DNA from: an uncultured Chlamydiae bacterium
Lineage (GTDB): Bacteria > Chlamydiota > Chlamydiia > Chlamydiales > JAJFMA01
Assembly: GCA_963713615.1 (NCBI GenBank)
Contig: CAVQMM010000001.1
Span: 1,024,001-1,088,000 of the forward strand
Length of the DNA stretch: 64,000 bases
Direction of reading: 5' to 3'
Every line of letters starts with the position of its first letter. Position 1 is the stretch's first letter. A program made the translations under genes and the position numbers. The notes beneath the pieces were generated by a model. That model was not told the origin of the DNA. It searched no databases and saw nothing but the letters and a program-made list of their open reading frames with translations. This document shows positions 55,481-64,000 of this stretch, piece by piece.

Positions 55481-55837
55481 TCATCGAATTTTTCGCCATG
55501 TGTCTGAAAAAGAGGCGAGGCCTGGGTCTCCATTCCACAGAAGTGTTTGGAGCTCACGAGCCTCCAAAATCACTTCAACACCGCCACTTGCTGGTTTAGG
55601 CCACCAAGAAAACCTTCCCTTTGAAAGGCGTTTAATGCAGAGCCAAAACCCCTGTCCATCGTACACTAAAACCCTTAGAGAGTTGACAGACCGATTTCGA
55701 AAGAGAAAAACCGCACCATCAAAGGGATCTTTGCCTAAGATTTGTCTGCAACAGGATGCAAGGCCATCGATTCCTTTACGAAAGTCAACAGGAGCAATAG
55801 CAACATAGATAAGCATTTGAGGGGTGATTTGAATCAT
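55481..55837 (-). CDS. tnpB: IS66 accessory protein (Orf2)
   Basis: PVDFRKGIDGL, YDGQGFWLCIKRL. Confidence 0.92.
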   Translation of the reverse strand: MIQITPQMLIYVAIAPVDFRKGIDGLASCCRQILGKDPFDGAVFLFRNRSVNSLRVLVYDGQGFWLCIKRLSKGRFSWWPKPASGGVEVILEARELQTLLWNGDPGLASFSDTWRKIR

Positions 55838-56199
55838 GAGAACTCCCCTCTAAAGAGTTTACTAATAAGGGCAGGCAGATCCTTAACAGGTCCAGTCCAG
55901 CGAAGAGTAAGAGGCCCTGCTTGGTGCTTGAGAGTGATTTCAACAAATGAATGAGACTCGCTAGGTAGAGGGCGCACTTGGGCAAAATCTTGAATAGTTT
56001 GTTTTCCACGCGCTAAGCGCTTCTTAAAGTACTGGACAGAGATGCCTAAGGCAGATGCAATTTCAGCAACAGAGTGAGTTGTCGTAAGATTGAACGCAGC
56101 TTGCCAGAGCTCCTTGGAGAAGCGTGGATGGCCTTTTTGCGATCTGACGCGATGAAATTCTTGAGCGACTTGTTCGAGCGAAAGAGTAGCAGATTTCAT
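55834..56199 (-). CDS. IS66 TnpA-like HTH protein
   Basis: First ORF of the IS66 operon; HTH-like. Confidence 0.7.
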   Translation of the reverse strand: MKSATLSLEQVAQEFHRVRSQKGHPRFSKELWQAAFNLTTTHSVAEIASALGISVQYFKKRLARGKQTIQDFAQVRPLPSESHSFVEITLKHQAGPLTLRWTGPVKDLPALISKLFRGEFS

Positions 56200-56440
56200 G
56201 AGCAACCTCCTTGGTTGTTTGCCCACGAATTTCGCTCAACCTTGTTTCAAAATCACGCACGCTCACGGGAGGGACACCAAAGCGCTGCGCGCCTATTTAC
56301 GAAGTTAGTGGCTTAAGTTGATGCCTATGACTCCACAGCGCTGCGCGCCGAGATACGATTGTGAGTCAAGAAAAAGATGTGTGTAACACGATGCATTCCA
56401 TGACTGCGAGGACCTTAAATAATCGGGGTGAAAAAATCTG

Positions 56441-56596
56441 ATGATCGTATTATGCACACCAGAACGCCCCTACGAAATGAAGGGATAGTACAACGATGGC
56501 ACCGTTTTTATCCAAGGTCTCGTGCACTACCGGGATAAATGGATGCTGTACTATGGCGCTGCAGATTCGGTTATTGGCGTAGCTATAGCCCTCTAG
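56441..56596 (+). pseudogene. C-terminal remnant of a GH130-like glycosidase
   Basis: PERPYEMKG*Y..GTVFIQGLV...KWMLYYGAADS..GVA. Confidence 0.65.
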
Positions 56597-56626
56597 GGCC
56601 AAAGCCTCGTGTGATATCAACAACAT

Positions 56627-56941
56627 CTAGATAGATACGCTGTCCGGGCCCTGCGAATGTGTGGTATTGGTCTTAATCGGTTCAGTAGTGATAAGAGGTA
56701 TTTGAATATTATTTTGATTTTGGCTGAGGTGGCGTCTCCCCCTTCTGTGATGTTTGATCTTTTTCTCTAGGGCTACCACGTCGGTGGTCGCAGAATCTGT
56801 TGTTGAATTTATGTCTTGAGTAATACTGGCCGCCACTGTTGGCAAGCCCAGATTTGGATTATAGTAAGGACTAGCCGGATTTGTGGGGTCAAGACTAGGA
56901 TCATTTATATTTGGTAATCCCGAAGCATCAACCGAAGTCAT
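56627..56941 (-). CDS. Low-complexity hypothetical protein
   Basis: SD aaggagg; P/N/S/T-rich. Confidence 0.55.
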   Translation of the reverse strand: MTSVDASGLPNINDPSLDPTNPASPYYNPNLGLPTVAASITQDINSTTDSATTDVVALEKKIKHHRRGRRHLSQNQNNIQIPLITTEPIKTNTTHSQGPDSVSI

Positions 56942-57028
56942 ATGAACCTCCTTTATAAGGAAAATCAACTATATATTATTATGTTAATACATTTTTAATT
57001 ATTTTTCAATAAATGGTTTGGTAGCCCC

Positions 57029-59080
57029 TCACTTGTGTGTTTCATCGGGTTTGTACGTGATAGCCCTAGCTTGGTTTTCATTCAAGGAGCTATATCGAGC
57101 CATTCGTCTTTGCAATGTTCTAAATAGATGATGAATTGTTGGATCAAAATCTTTTGATGCAACAGGTTTTCCACCCTCATTACCACTTCGAAGGCGCTCT
57201 ATCACAGCTGGCAATGAATAGGAATCCTCTGCCAAACCCAGGTAAGACCAGGCGTTATACCCCTGCGAATAGGCGATTTGTTTTCGCAACTGCACCATTT
57301 CCTGCTCGTCTAACGCGCCTATTACATTGGTCAAGCCACTGTCTACTGGGACAAGAAGGGGAAAAGCGGATTTTGAATTTCTTGGTTCAGTGCGGAATGA
57401 GACAAGCTCAACCGTAGCTAACAACGCGACTCCAGGCTCTAACTTAGACCGACAACCATAGGCATAGTCTGAATGGATATAGATATTTCTCACTTCTCCA
57501 GGCAGCATCGTTAACATTCCATGAGCCAATCCTGGAATAAGATCCGACACACAGAGTTCGCTAGAAATGGTCGAGGCTAGCACCAAACCCGCCTTATCAC
57601 CAGTTAGCTGGCTTATCGAATATTGAAGAGTGACGTGGGTATTGTGCCTGTGGAACCTCTTCCCACTACCCTGCTTTGCTATAGTGTAGAATAGTTTTTC
57701 TGGGACTATCGTATGGATATCGGATCCCTTGGCAAGTTCATTCAGTGCTTTGTTTCCCTCTGCGATGTTCTTTCTAGCTTTACTAATGGCAGTGGCGGTT
57801 AGATAGGGGGGGATGGGTGGTTTTAACCCCTCTAGAGGGCTATTCTTGTGATCCAGTATGTCTTGCTGTGCAGTTTCCATGCCTGCTATGAACGCTGTTA
57901 AGAAGGAATCATCCCTTTCGGGAAGGTAATCCCAAATTAGGTGAGCCACCCGGTCAGCAATTGATCCCTCAGCATCTTCCTTGTTAGGTGGTATCACTTG
58001 TGTTGGCAAAGACGCAGATAAATTATGTGAAGTGCGATGAAGAGGGGCATTCCCCATTAGGATAGCCAACACATCCTCGAGAAATGTATGTGAATCAAAA
58101 AGTCTCTGAACTTGCTTTTGAGTTTCCCTATAACGATCTAATAAAGCAATGGTTGTTGGGTGCGTAGGCATACAGGCAAAATAGGGGATTGGGGGCGAGG
58201 CTGCATTTATCAGGCTTCTCGAGAGACGCATCTTGTCCTGTAGGGATTCATATTCGGCAGCCAGGTTTTGGAAGCCAAAGCTAGGCTGGAGTTCCCGATC
58301 ATTTAGAGGGCTTCCTTCGCCCAAAAATCGTTCAGCATTGACTTTTTGGTGAAAACCCGTGCGTTGTATTCGCACCGCAAGCGGTGGGCGCTCTTGCTGG
58401 TAGATAATTCCATCGATGAGTTCAATCCGATTTTGAACAATTGCATTTGGAGTTCCAAACCCAAGCACAATACCAATGAGAATTTTGTTGTGACCTAAAG
58501 TGGAGAAAAAAGACGCTTTGGGGTTGGTGATTTCATCAAAAAGGCCTTCAGCAGTTACTTGTGGGCCAAGAATGGCCTGAAATAGATTTATATTTTTGAT
58601 TACCTCATCCACGAATGCTTTTCGATTGATCCACAGCAAATGACGACAAGAATAAACGGGTAGGTCAGGGTGATCATAGCAAATGATCATTGTGGCCCCC
58701 TCTAACCTTGAGAAGGGAAGTCTATTCCAGACTTCAATTCCCTGCTGTAAGGTCTCTGCATTGTCAAAAAAAGGATTTTGTCGAGGTCCGAAATTCATTT
58801 CTGATAGGGAAGGAGGCATAAATACGCCTTCTAGACATATGGGCTTTGCTCCAAATAGAACGTACCCTCCGTCTGAGTCGAGCAGCATGAGTTTGAAGAA
58901 GGCGGTTAAGACTTCCTTATCTTCTGGGGATATTTGGGCAAGTTGTGTTTTCCAATCGACATTTACAATTCTCTCAGCAGCGTAGAGACGCGGCAAGAGA
59001 TGCGTTGTAAGACATAAAAGAATGGTTAAAGATAAGCGGCAGATTGCCAATAAAACACTTCTCAAAATAGTTACCATCAT
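57029..59080 (-). CDS. Exported protein with FKBP/Mip-like domain
   Basis: Signal peptide; KQGSG...LIPGLAHGMLTMLPGEVRNIYIHSDYAYG. Confidence 0.75.
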   Translation of the reverse strand: MMVTILRSVLLAICRLSLTILLCLTTHLLPRLYAAERIVNVDWKTQLAQISPEDKEVLTAFFKLMLLDSDGGYVLFGAKPICLEGVFMPPSLSEMNFGPRQNPFFDNAETLQQGIEVWNRLPFSRLEGATMIICYDHPDLPVYSCRHLLWINRKAFVDEVIKNINLFQAILGPQVTAEGLFDEITNPKASFFSTLGHNKILIGIVLGFGTPNAIVQNRIELIDGIIYQQERPPLAVRIQRTGFHQKVNAERFLGEGSPLNDRELQPSFGFQNLAAEYESLQDKMRLSRSLINAASPPIPYFACMPTHPTTIALLDRYRETQKQVQRLFDSHTFLEDVLAILMGNAPLHRTSHNLSASLPTQVIPPNKEDAEGSIADRVAHLIWDYLPERDDSFLTAFIAGMETAQQDILDHKNSPLEGLKPPIPPYLTATAISKARKNIAEGNKALNELAKGSDIHTIVPEKLFYTIAKQGSGKRFHRHNTHVTLQYSISQLTGDKAGLVLASTISSELCVSDLIPGLAHGMLTMLPGEVRNIYIHSDYAYGCRSKLEPGVALLATVELVSFRTEPRNSKSAFPLLVPVDSGLTNVIGALDEQEMVQLRKQIAYSQGYNAWSYLGLAEDSYSLPAVIERLRSGNEGGKPVASKDFDPTIHHLFRTLQRRMARYSSLNENQARAITYKPDETHK

Positions 59081-59145
59081 CGAGGTTCTAAGGTACTGAA
59101 CAAGCGATATGCACTCACAATCGCCTGTCCAGCTGGTAGTCTAGA

Positions 59146-59496
59146 TCACCGTCGACCATAATTAAGACAGGCCTTATTTGTGCAACCACCATCAAAATAT
59201 TCGTGGTATACCTGTCCGCAAACGGAGCAACTTACATAGTCATGCGCGTAATTATACAAGTCGCAGGAATAACGTCCTAAGTCATCGGTGAAAATCGCAT
59301 TGACCCGCAAGAATTGACGATTCCAATAGATGTACATTCCATCTTTTGTGAGATGAATTTGATCAGGTGAAATGTCGATGCGGTGTGCATTGCCATGAAT
59401 GTGACCGCCGACTGATTCATAGGTATCATCCGAAGCAAAGCCCGAAAAAGGAATTGCCAATAGTGACATGCAGACTAGACCTAATCGTGTACGCAT
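59146..59496 (-). CDS. Small exported protein with C-terminal Cys motif
   Basis: Signal peptide; CSVCG...CTNKAC; SD aggag. Confidence 0.6.
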   Translation of the reverse strand: MRTRLGLVCMSLLAIPFSGFASDDTYESVGGHIHGNAHRIDISPDQIHLTKDGMYIYWNRQFLRVNAIFTDDLGRYSCDLYNYAHDYVSCSVCGQVYHEYFDGGCTNKACLNYGRR

Positions 59497-59633
59497 ACAG
59501 TCTCCTAGGTGATGTTAGGATGGTTAAACTCAAAAATATCATTTCACATCCTGCGAAAATCGGTCAAGCTTCACATTATTAGCGGATGTAAACAAAAGTA
59601 TTGGCAGTATTGTATTTTCCGGAGCAAGCGCTA

Positions 59634-60250
59634 CTAGATAGCACGCAAGGCTCCATGGACTACTCTAAGTTCGTGCATCATCTGATGAAATGCCTCGAAA
59701 CTGAGGGTCTGTGCAGCATCGGAAACAGATTGATCAGGCCTTGGGTGCATTTCAATGATCACTCCATCAGCTCCAGCAGCAATAGAGGCCCTAGCCATCG
59801 GCGATACCAGTGAACGCAGACCTGTGCCATGGCTAGGATCTAACACGATCGGTAGGTGCGTTAATTCCTTCAGCACTGGTACTGCCGTGACATCTAACAT
59901 GTTTCGCGTATAGGTTTCAAAAGTACGAATGCCTCGTTCACACAAAATCACTTGAATATTGCCTCCACTCAATATGTACTCTGCAGCCATCAACAGGTCC
60001 TGGTAAGTCGCCGAAAATCCCCGCTTTAAAAGAACCGGCTTTCTAATCTTCCCAAGCTCCTTTAGAAGGTTGAAATTTTGCATATTTCGCGAACCCACCT
60101 GTAGGATATCAATATGCCGTGCCACAAGGTCAATCTGTGATGCATCCATTACTTCTGACACAGTCACCAAACCATATTCCAGACCTGCTTGTTCCAGCAA
60201 ACGCAGCCCCTCCTCACCTAATCCCTGAAACTCGTAAGGCGATGCCCTGG
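59634..60250 (-). pseudogene. aroF: DAHP synthase I-beta, 5'-truncated
   Basis: [34 protein letters not shown]; lacks the AGPC and KPR region. Confidence 0.8.
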
Positions 60251-60367
60251 CCTGTTGCAATATCGACCCTTCGGGCCTGGGAAGTGGAGCCTTTCCAATC
60301 TTTCCCCTTGACCCATTTGGGCACAACAGTGTAAAAATTGCAGCACCGCCCCACATGGGTGGTTATG

Positions 60368-60535
60368 AAGATAAAGTGCCCCTAGTTACGGCTAGGGGAG
60401 AATAGGGAAGCGGGTGTAAATCCCGCACGGTTACGCCGCTGTAACGAGTGACGACAGCCTATCATAAAGAGCCACTGCCATTAGGCGGGAAGGCTAGGCT
60501 GAAGGATGACCTCGAAGTCAGAAGACCTGCTTTAT
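60368..60535 (+). ncRNA. Cobalamin riboswitch
   Basis: agggaagcgggtgtaaatccc, gccgctgtaa, gccactg, gggaaggc and B12 box agtcagaagacctgc. Confidence 0.92.
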
Positions 60536-60712
60536 TTTACTCATCGCTCATCCGCATAGAAGCGGATGTGAACTGTCTCGTTAAAGACAGGGTGGGAGAA
60601 AAGCGCTTGCCCTTCTTTCCTTAAGCACTTTTTCCCCTTTTGTCCATTTAGAGAACGCGTTCCAAGCGTATTGGCTTGGTTTTGTAACCTGCTGCCTGGG
60701 GAAAAATATCCT

Positions 60713-61684
60713 ATGCTTACTCAAGAACCTATCCTACAAGAAAACAAAGATCGTTTTGTTCTGTTTCCTATCAAACATCCCGAAATCTGGGAGATGTATA
60801 AAAAGGCCGAGGCTAGCTTCTGGACTGCCGAGGAGATGGATCTCTCCTCCGACCTTACCCACTGGAACAATAAGCTTAATGATGATGAACGTCATTTCAT
60901 AAAGCATGTCCTAGCGTTCTTTGCTGCTAGCGATGGCATCGTCAATGAAAATCTTGCTGTTAACTTCATGAATGAGGTGCAATACCCCGAAGCACGCTGT
61001 TTCTATGGGTTTCAGATTATGATCGAAAACATCCATTCGGAAGCGTATTCGTTGCTCATTGACACCTACATCAAAGATCCAGGGGAGAAGGATCGACTAT
61101 TCCATGCCCTTGATACTGTCCCATGCGTTCAGAAAAAGGCCGAATGGGCAATAAGATGGATTTCGCAGGGATCATTCGCCGAGCGTCTGATCGCCTTTGC
61201 TGCTGTTGAGGGCATTTTCTTCTCTGGCAGCTTTTGCAGCATCTTCTGGCTTAAGAAGCGCGGACTGATGCCTGGCCTGAGCTTTTCCAATGAACTTATC
61301 TCTCGCGACGAGGGTCTGCACTGTGATTTCGCATGCCTGCTCTATTCGCAACTTGTGGAACAACTAGCTCCAGAGATGGTCCAAAATATCATCGCCGATG
61401 CTGTCACTATCGAAAAGGAATTTGTCCGCGATGCTTTACCGGTACGGTTAATCGGAATGAATGCTGATCTCATGTGTCAATATATCGAATTCGTCGCTGA
61501 TAGGCTTCTGGGAGCCTTAGGAATTTCCAAAATCTATCAAGCGACAAACCCTTTTGACTTCATGGATCTCATTTCCATGTCTGGTAAAACCAACTTCTTT
61601 GAAAGGCGGGTGTCGGAATATCAAAAATCCGGCGTAAGAAGCTCTAAGGAATCCCGTATCTTTGCCATTGAAGAAGATTTTTAA
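60713..61684 (+). CDS. nrdB: Class Ia ribonucleotide reductase beta subunit
   Basis: [21 protein letters not shown] (radical Tyr), [16 protein letters not shown]. Confidence 0.96.
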   Translation: MLTQEPILQENKDRFVLFPIKHPEIWEMYKKAEASFWTAEEMDLSSDLTHWNNKLNDDERHFIKHVLAFFAASDGIVNENLAVNFMNEVQYPEARCFYGFQIMIENIHSEAYSLLIDTYIKDPGEKDRLFHALDTVPCVQKKAEWAIRWISQGSFAERLIAFAAVEGIFFSGSFCSIFWLKKRGLMPGLSFSNELISRDEGLHCDFACLLYSQLVEQLAPEMVQNIIADAVTIEKEFVRDALPVRLIGMNADLMCQYIEFVADRLLGALGISKIYQATNPFDFMDLISMSGKTNFFERRVSEYQKSGVRSSKESRIFAIEEDF

Positions 61685-61695
61685 GGAGGTGTGTC

Positions 61696-64000
61696 ATGTG
61701 GGTAATAAAGAGAGATGGTCGCAAGCAAGAGGTCATCTTCGACAAGATCACAGCGCGCATCCAAAGGCTTTGCTATGGACTAGATGCGCAGCATATCGAC
61801 CCCATCTTAGTGGCTAAGAGGGTCATTGAAGGGCTCTACGATGGTGTCAGCACCAGTGAGCTGGATAATTTAGCCTCGGAAATAGCTGCTACGCTAACGG
61901 CGCGTCACCCTGACTATGCACAGCTAGCGGCGCGTATTGCAATATCCAATCTTCAGAAAAATACGAGCAAGTCTTTCTCGAAAACAGTTCACGAGCTTTT
62001 TCACTATGTCGATAGGCGAACCGGGTGGAAGGCTCCGCTTATAGCCCAAGATGTCTTTGAGATCACGCAAAGGCATGCTGAGGTGCTAGATGCAGCAATT
62101 ATCTATGATCGAGACTTCAACCTCGACTACTTTGGTTTTAAGACACTAGAACGATCCTATCTTCTCAAGGTGTTTGGTAGAGTCATTGAACGCCCACAGC
62201 ATTTATGGATGCGTGTCAGTATTGGTATTCATAAGGAGGATATCCCTGCAGCGATTGAAACATATCATCTGCTCAGCGAAAAGTGGTTCACGCATGCTAC
62301 TCCAACACTTTTTAATGCTGGTACGCCGAATCCCCAGCTGTCATCCTGCTTCCTTCTGCCCATCAGCGAAGATAGTATCGACGGTATCTTCGATACGTTG
62401 AAGCGCTGTGCTCGGATTTCCCAGTCAGCTGGGGGACTGGGCCTCAGCATCCACAACATACGAGCATCAGGATCTTACATTCGTGGTACCGGAGGAACCT
62501 CAAACGGCATTGTTCCTATGCTACGCGTCTTCAATGATACCGCACGGTACATCGATCAGGGCGGAGGAAAGCGCAAGGGGTCTATAGCGGTCTTTCTAGA
62601 GCCTTGGCATGCCGATATCCATGCTTTCCTCGATCTTCGCAAAAATCATGGGAAAGAGGAAATGCGCGCTCGGGACCTCTTTACAGCCTTGTGGATCCCT
62701 GACCTATTCATGCGTCGCGTCGAAGCTAATGCGAACTGGTCTCTCTTCTGTCCTAACGAGGCTCCTGGTTTGCCAGACTGTTGGGGCGAGGAGTTCGAGG
62801 CCCTATATGAGGGCTATGAACAGGAGGGGCGTGCTCGTTCAACGATTCGAGCGCAGGATCTCTGGATGGAGATCTTGGAGTCCCAGATCGAGACGGGAAC
62901 GCCTTATATGGTCTACAAGGATGCGTGCAACAGAAAGTCTAATCAGCAAAATCTTGGAACCATCAAATCCAGCAACCTATGCACGGAGATCATCGAATAT
63001 TCCTCGGCGGATGAAGCGGCGGTGTGCAACCTGGCCTCTCTATCCCTGCCACGTTTTGTGAGTCATGGAACGTTTGATCATCAACGTCTCTATGAAGTCA
63101 CTCAAGTTATAACCAGAAATCTTAATCGGGTCATTGACGTCAATAATTACCCCATCCCCGAAGCGCGTAAATCGAATCTATTGCACCGTCCAATCGCCAT
63201 TGGCGTACAGGGTTTGGCCGATGCTTTAGTCCTGCTTAGGCTACCCTTTGAGTGCGAAGAGGCCCGCACGCTAAATAAGGAGATCTTTGAAACAATCTAC
63301 TTTGGCGCCTTGACAGCCTCTAAGGACCTCGCACGGGCTGATGGCCCATATGCTTCTTATGAGGGGTCTCCGGTCTCTAAAGGGATTCTCCAGTATGACA
63401 TGTGGGACGTAACACCGGGTCCGAGGTGGAATTGGCGAGGGCTCAAAGAGGAAATAGCCGCTTATGGTCTGCGTAATTCCCTATTGACCTCTCTGATGCC
63501 AACAGCATCGACATCACAGATACTGGGCAATGCGGAGTGCTTTGAGCCCTATACCTCCAACCTGTTTTCACGACGCGTGTTGAGTGGTGAGTTCATCGTA
63601 GTCAACAAGTATCTGATGCGTGACCTAGTGCGTCTCGGTTTGTGGAACGAATCGATGAAACAAAGGGTCATGGCAGCCAATGGTTCTATCCAGCATATCG
63701 AAGAGATCCCCGCGGAGATTAAATTGCTCTATAAAACGGTATGGGAAGTCAAGCAGAAGACGCTCATAGACTTCGCAGTAGACCGTGCACCATTTATTTG
63801 CCAATCGCAATCACTAAACCTATATGTGGAGAACCCTACCATTGCCAAGTTATCGTCCATGCATTTCTATGGATGGAAGAAGGGGCTTAAAACCGGACAG
63901 TATTACCTTAGAAGTCAAGCCGCCGCCGAAGCGATTAAGTTTACCCTAGATACACAGTCAGCGACGTGCCACATCGGCGCTGAATGCGTATCTTGTTCAG
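61696..64000 (+). CDS. nrdA: Class Ia RNR alpha subunit with ATP cone (runs off the window end; absent from the ORF track)
   Basis: SD aaggagg; [42 protein letters not shown]. Confidence 0.95.
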   Translation, partial: MWVIKRDGRKQEVIFDKITARIQRLCYGLDAQHIDPILVAKRVIEGLYDGVSTSELDNLASEIAATLTARHPDYAQLAARIAISNLQKNTSKSFSKTVHELFHYVDRRTGWKAPLIAQDVFEITQRHAEVLDAAIIYDRDFNLDYFGFKTLERSYLLKVFGRVIERPQHLWMRVSIGIHKEDIPAAIETYHLLSEKWFTHATPTLFNAGTPNPQLSSCFLLPISEDSIDGIFDTLKRCARISQSAGGLGLSIHNIRASGSYIRGTGGTSNGIVPMLRVFNDTARYIDQGGGKRKGSIAVFLEPWHADIHAFLDLRKNHGKEEMRARDLFTALWIPDLFMRRVEANANWSLFCPNEAPGLPDCWGEEFEALYEGYEQEGRARSTIRAQDLWMEILESQIETGTPYMVYKDACNRKSNQQNLGTIKSSNLCTEIIEYSSADEAAVCNLASLSLPRFVSHGTFDHQRLYEVTQVITRNLNRVIDVNNYPIPEARKSNLLHRPIAIGVQGLADALVLLRLPFECEEARTLNKEIFETIYFGALTASKDLARADGPYASYEGSPVSKGILQYDMWDVTPGPRWNWRGLKEEIAAYGLRNSLLTSLMPTASTSQILGNAECFEPYTSNLFSRRVLSGEFIVVNKYLMRDLVRLGLWNESMKQRVMAANGSIQHIEEIPAEIKLLYKTVWEVKQKTLIDFAVDRAPFICQSQSLNLYVENPTIAKLSSMHFYGWKKGLKTGQYYLRSQAAAEAIKFTLDTQSATCHIGAECVSCS

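Larger units (their letters stand above)
53336..56277 (-). mobile_element. IS66-family element with passenger gene
   Basis: 25-bp IRs gtgtccctcccgtgagcgtgcgtga; 8-bp TSD caaagcgc. Confidence 0.93.

Noticed and set aside
62174..63810. Short ORFs listed in the nrdA region and other shadow ORFs over long genes
   Set aside because: Alternate-frame or antisense overlaps of well-supported genes

Overview
Most likely an environmental Chlamydiae (Parachlamydiales-like) chromosome segment. This is inferred from mtaB-CT865-like-glgB synteny and ankyrin/LRR/Mip-like effector genes; taxonomy is unverified. Housekeeping islands (miaB; ligA-glgB-hyp-mtaB; an ABC exporter; a cobalamin riboswitch ahead of nrdB-nrdA) lie in heavily IS-riddled accessory DNA. 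The main mobile element is an IS607 element in three near-identical copies, each at an AG-GGT site. It encodes a serine-recombinase TnpA and an atypical 547-aa TnpB with no zinc finger, His at the RuvC-III Asp position, and a likely omegaRNA over its 3' end. Other elements: a GGCCTT(G/A)TTC-ended transposon family (full length, deletion derivatives, 160-bp and 57-bp MITEs), an IS200 Y1 transposase flanked by about ten short hairpins, IS66, ISL3, ISKra4, ISAs1, IS701-like and ISNCY elements, and two REP/REPIN-like families. Cargo includes shattered Rhs toxin-immunity cassettes, several TA modules, an NfeD-flotillin pair bracketed by 26-bp palindromes next to an 11-bp periodic array, a carotenoid oxygenase and a PP2C-like effector. 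No CRISPR array, tRNA or rRNA was recognised. All family assignments are from motif recognition by eye.
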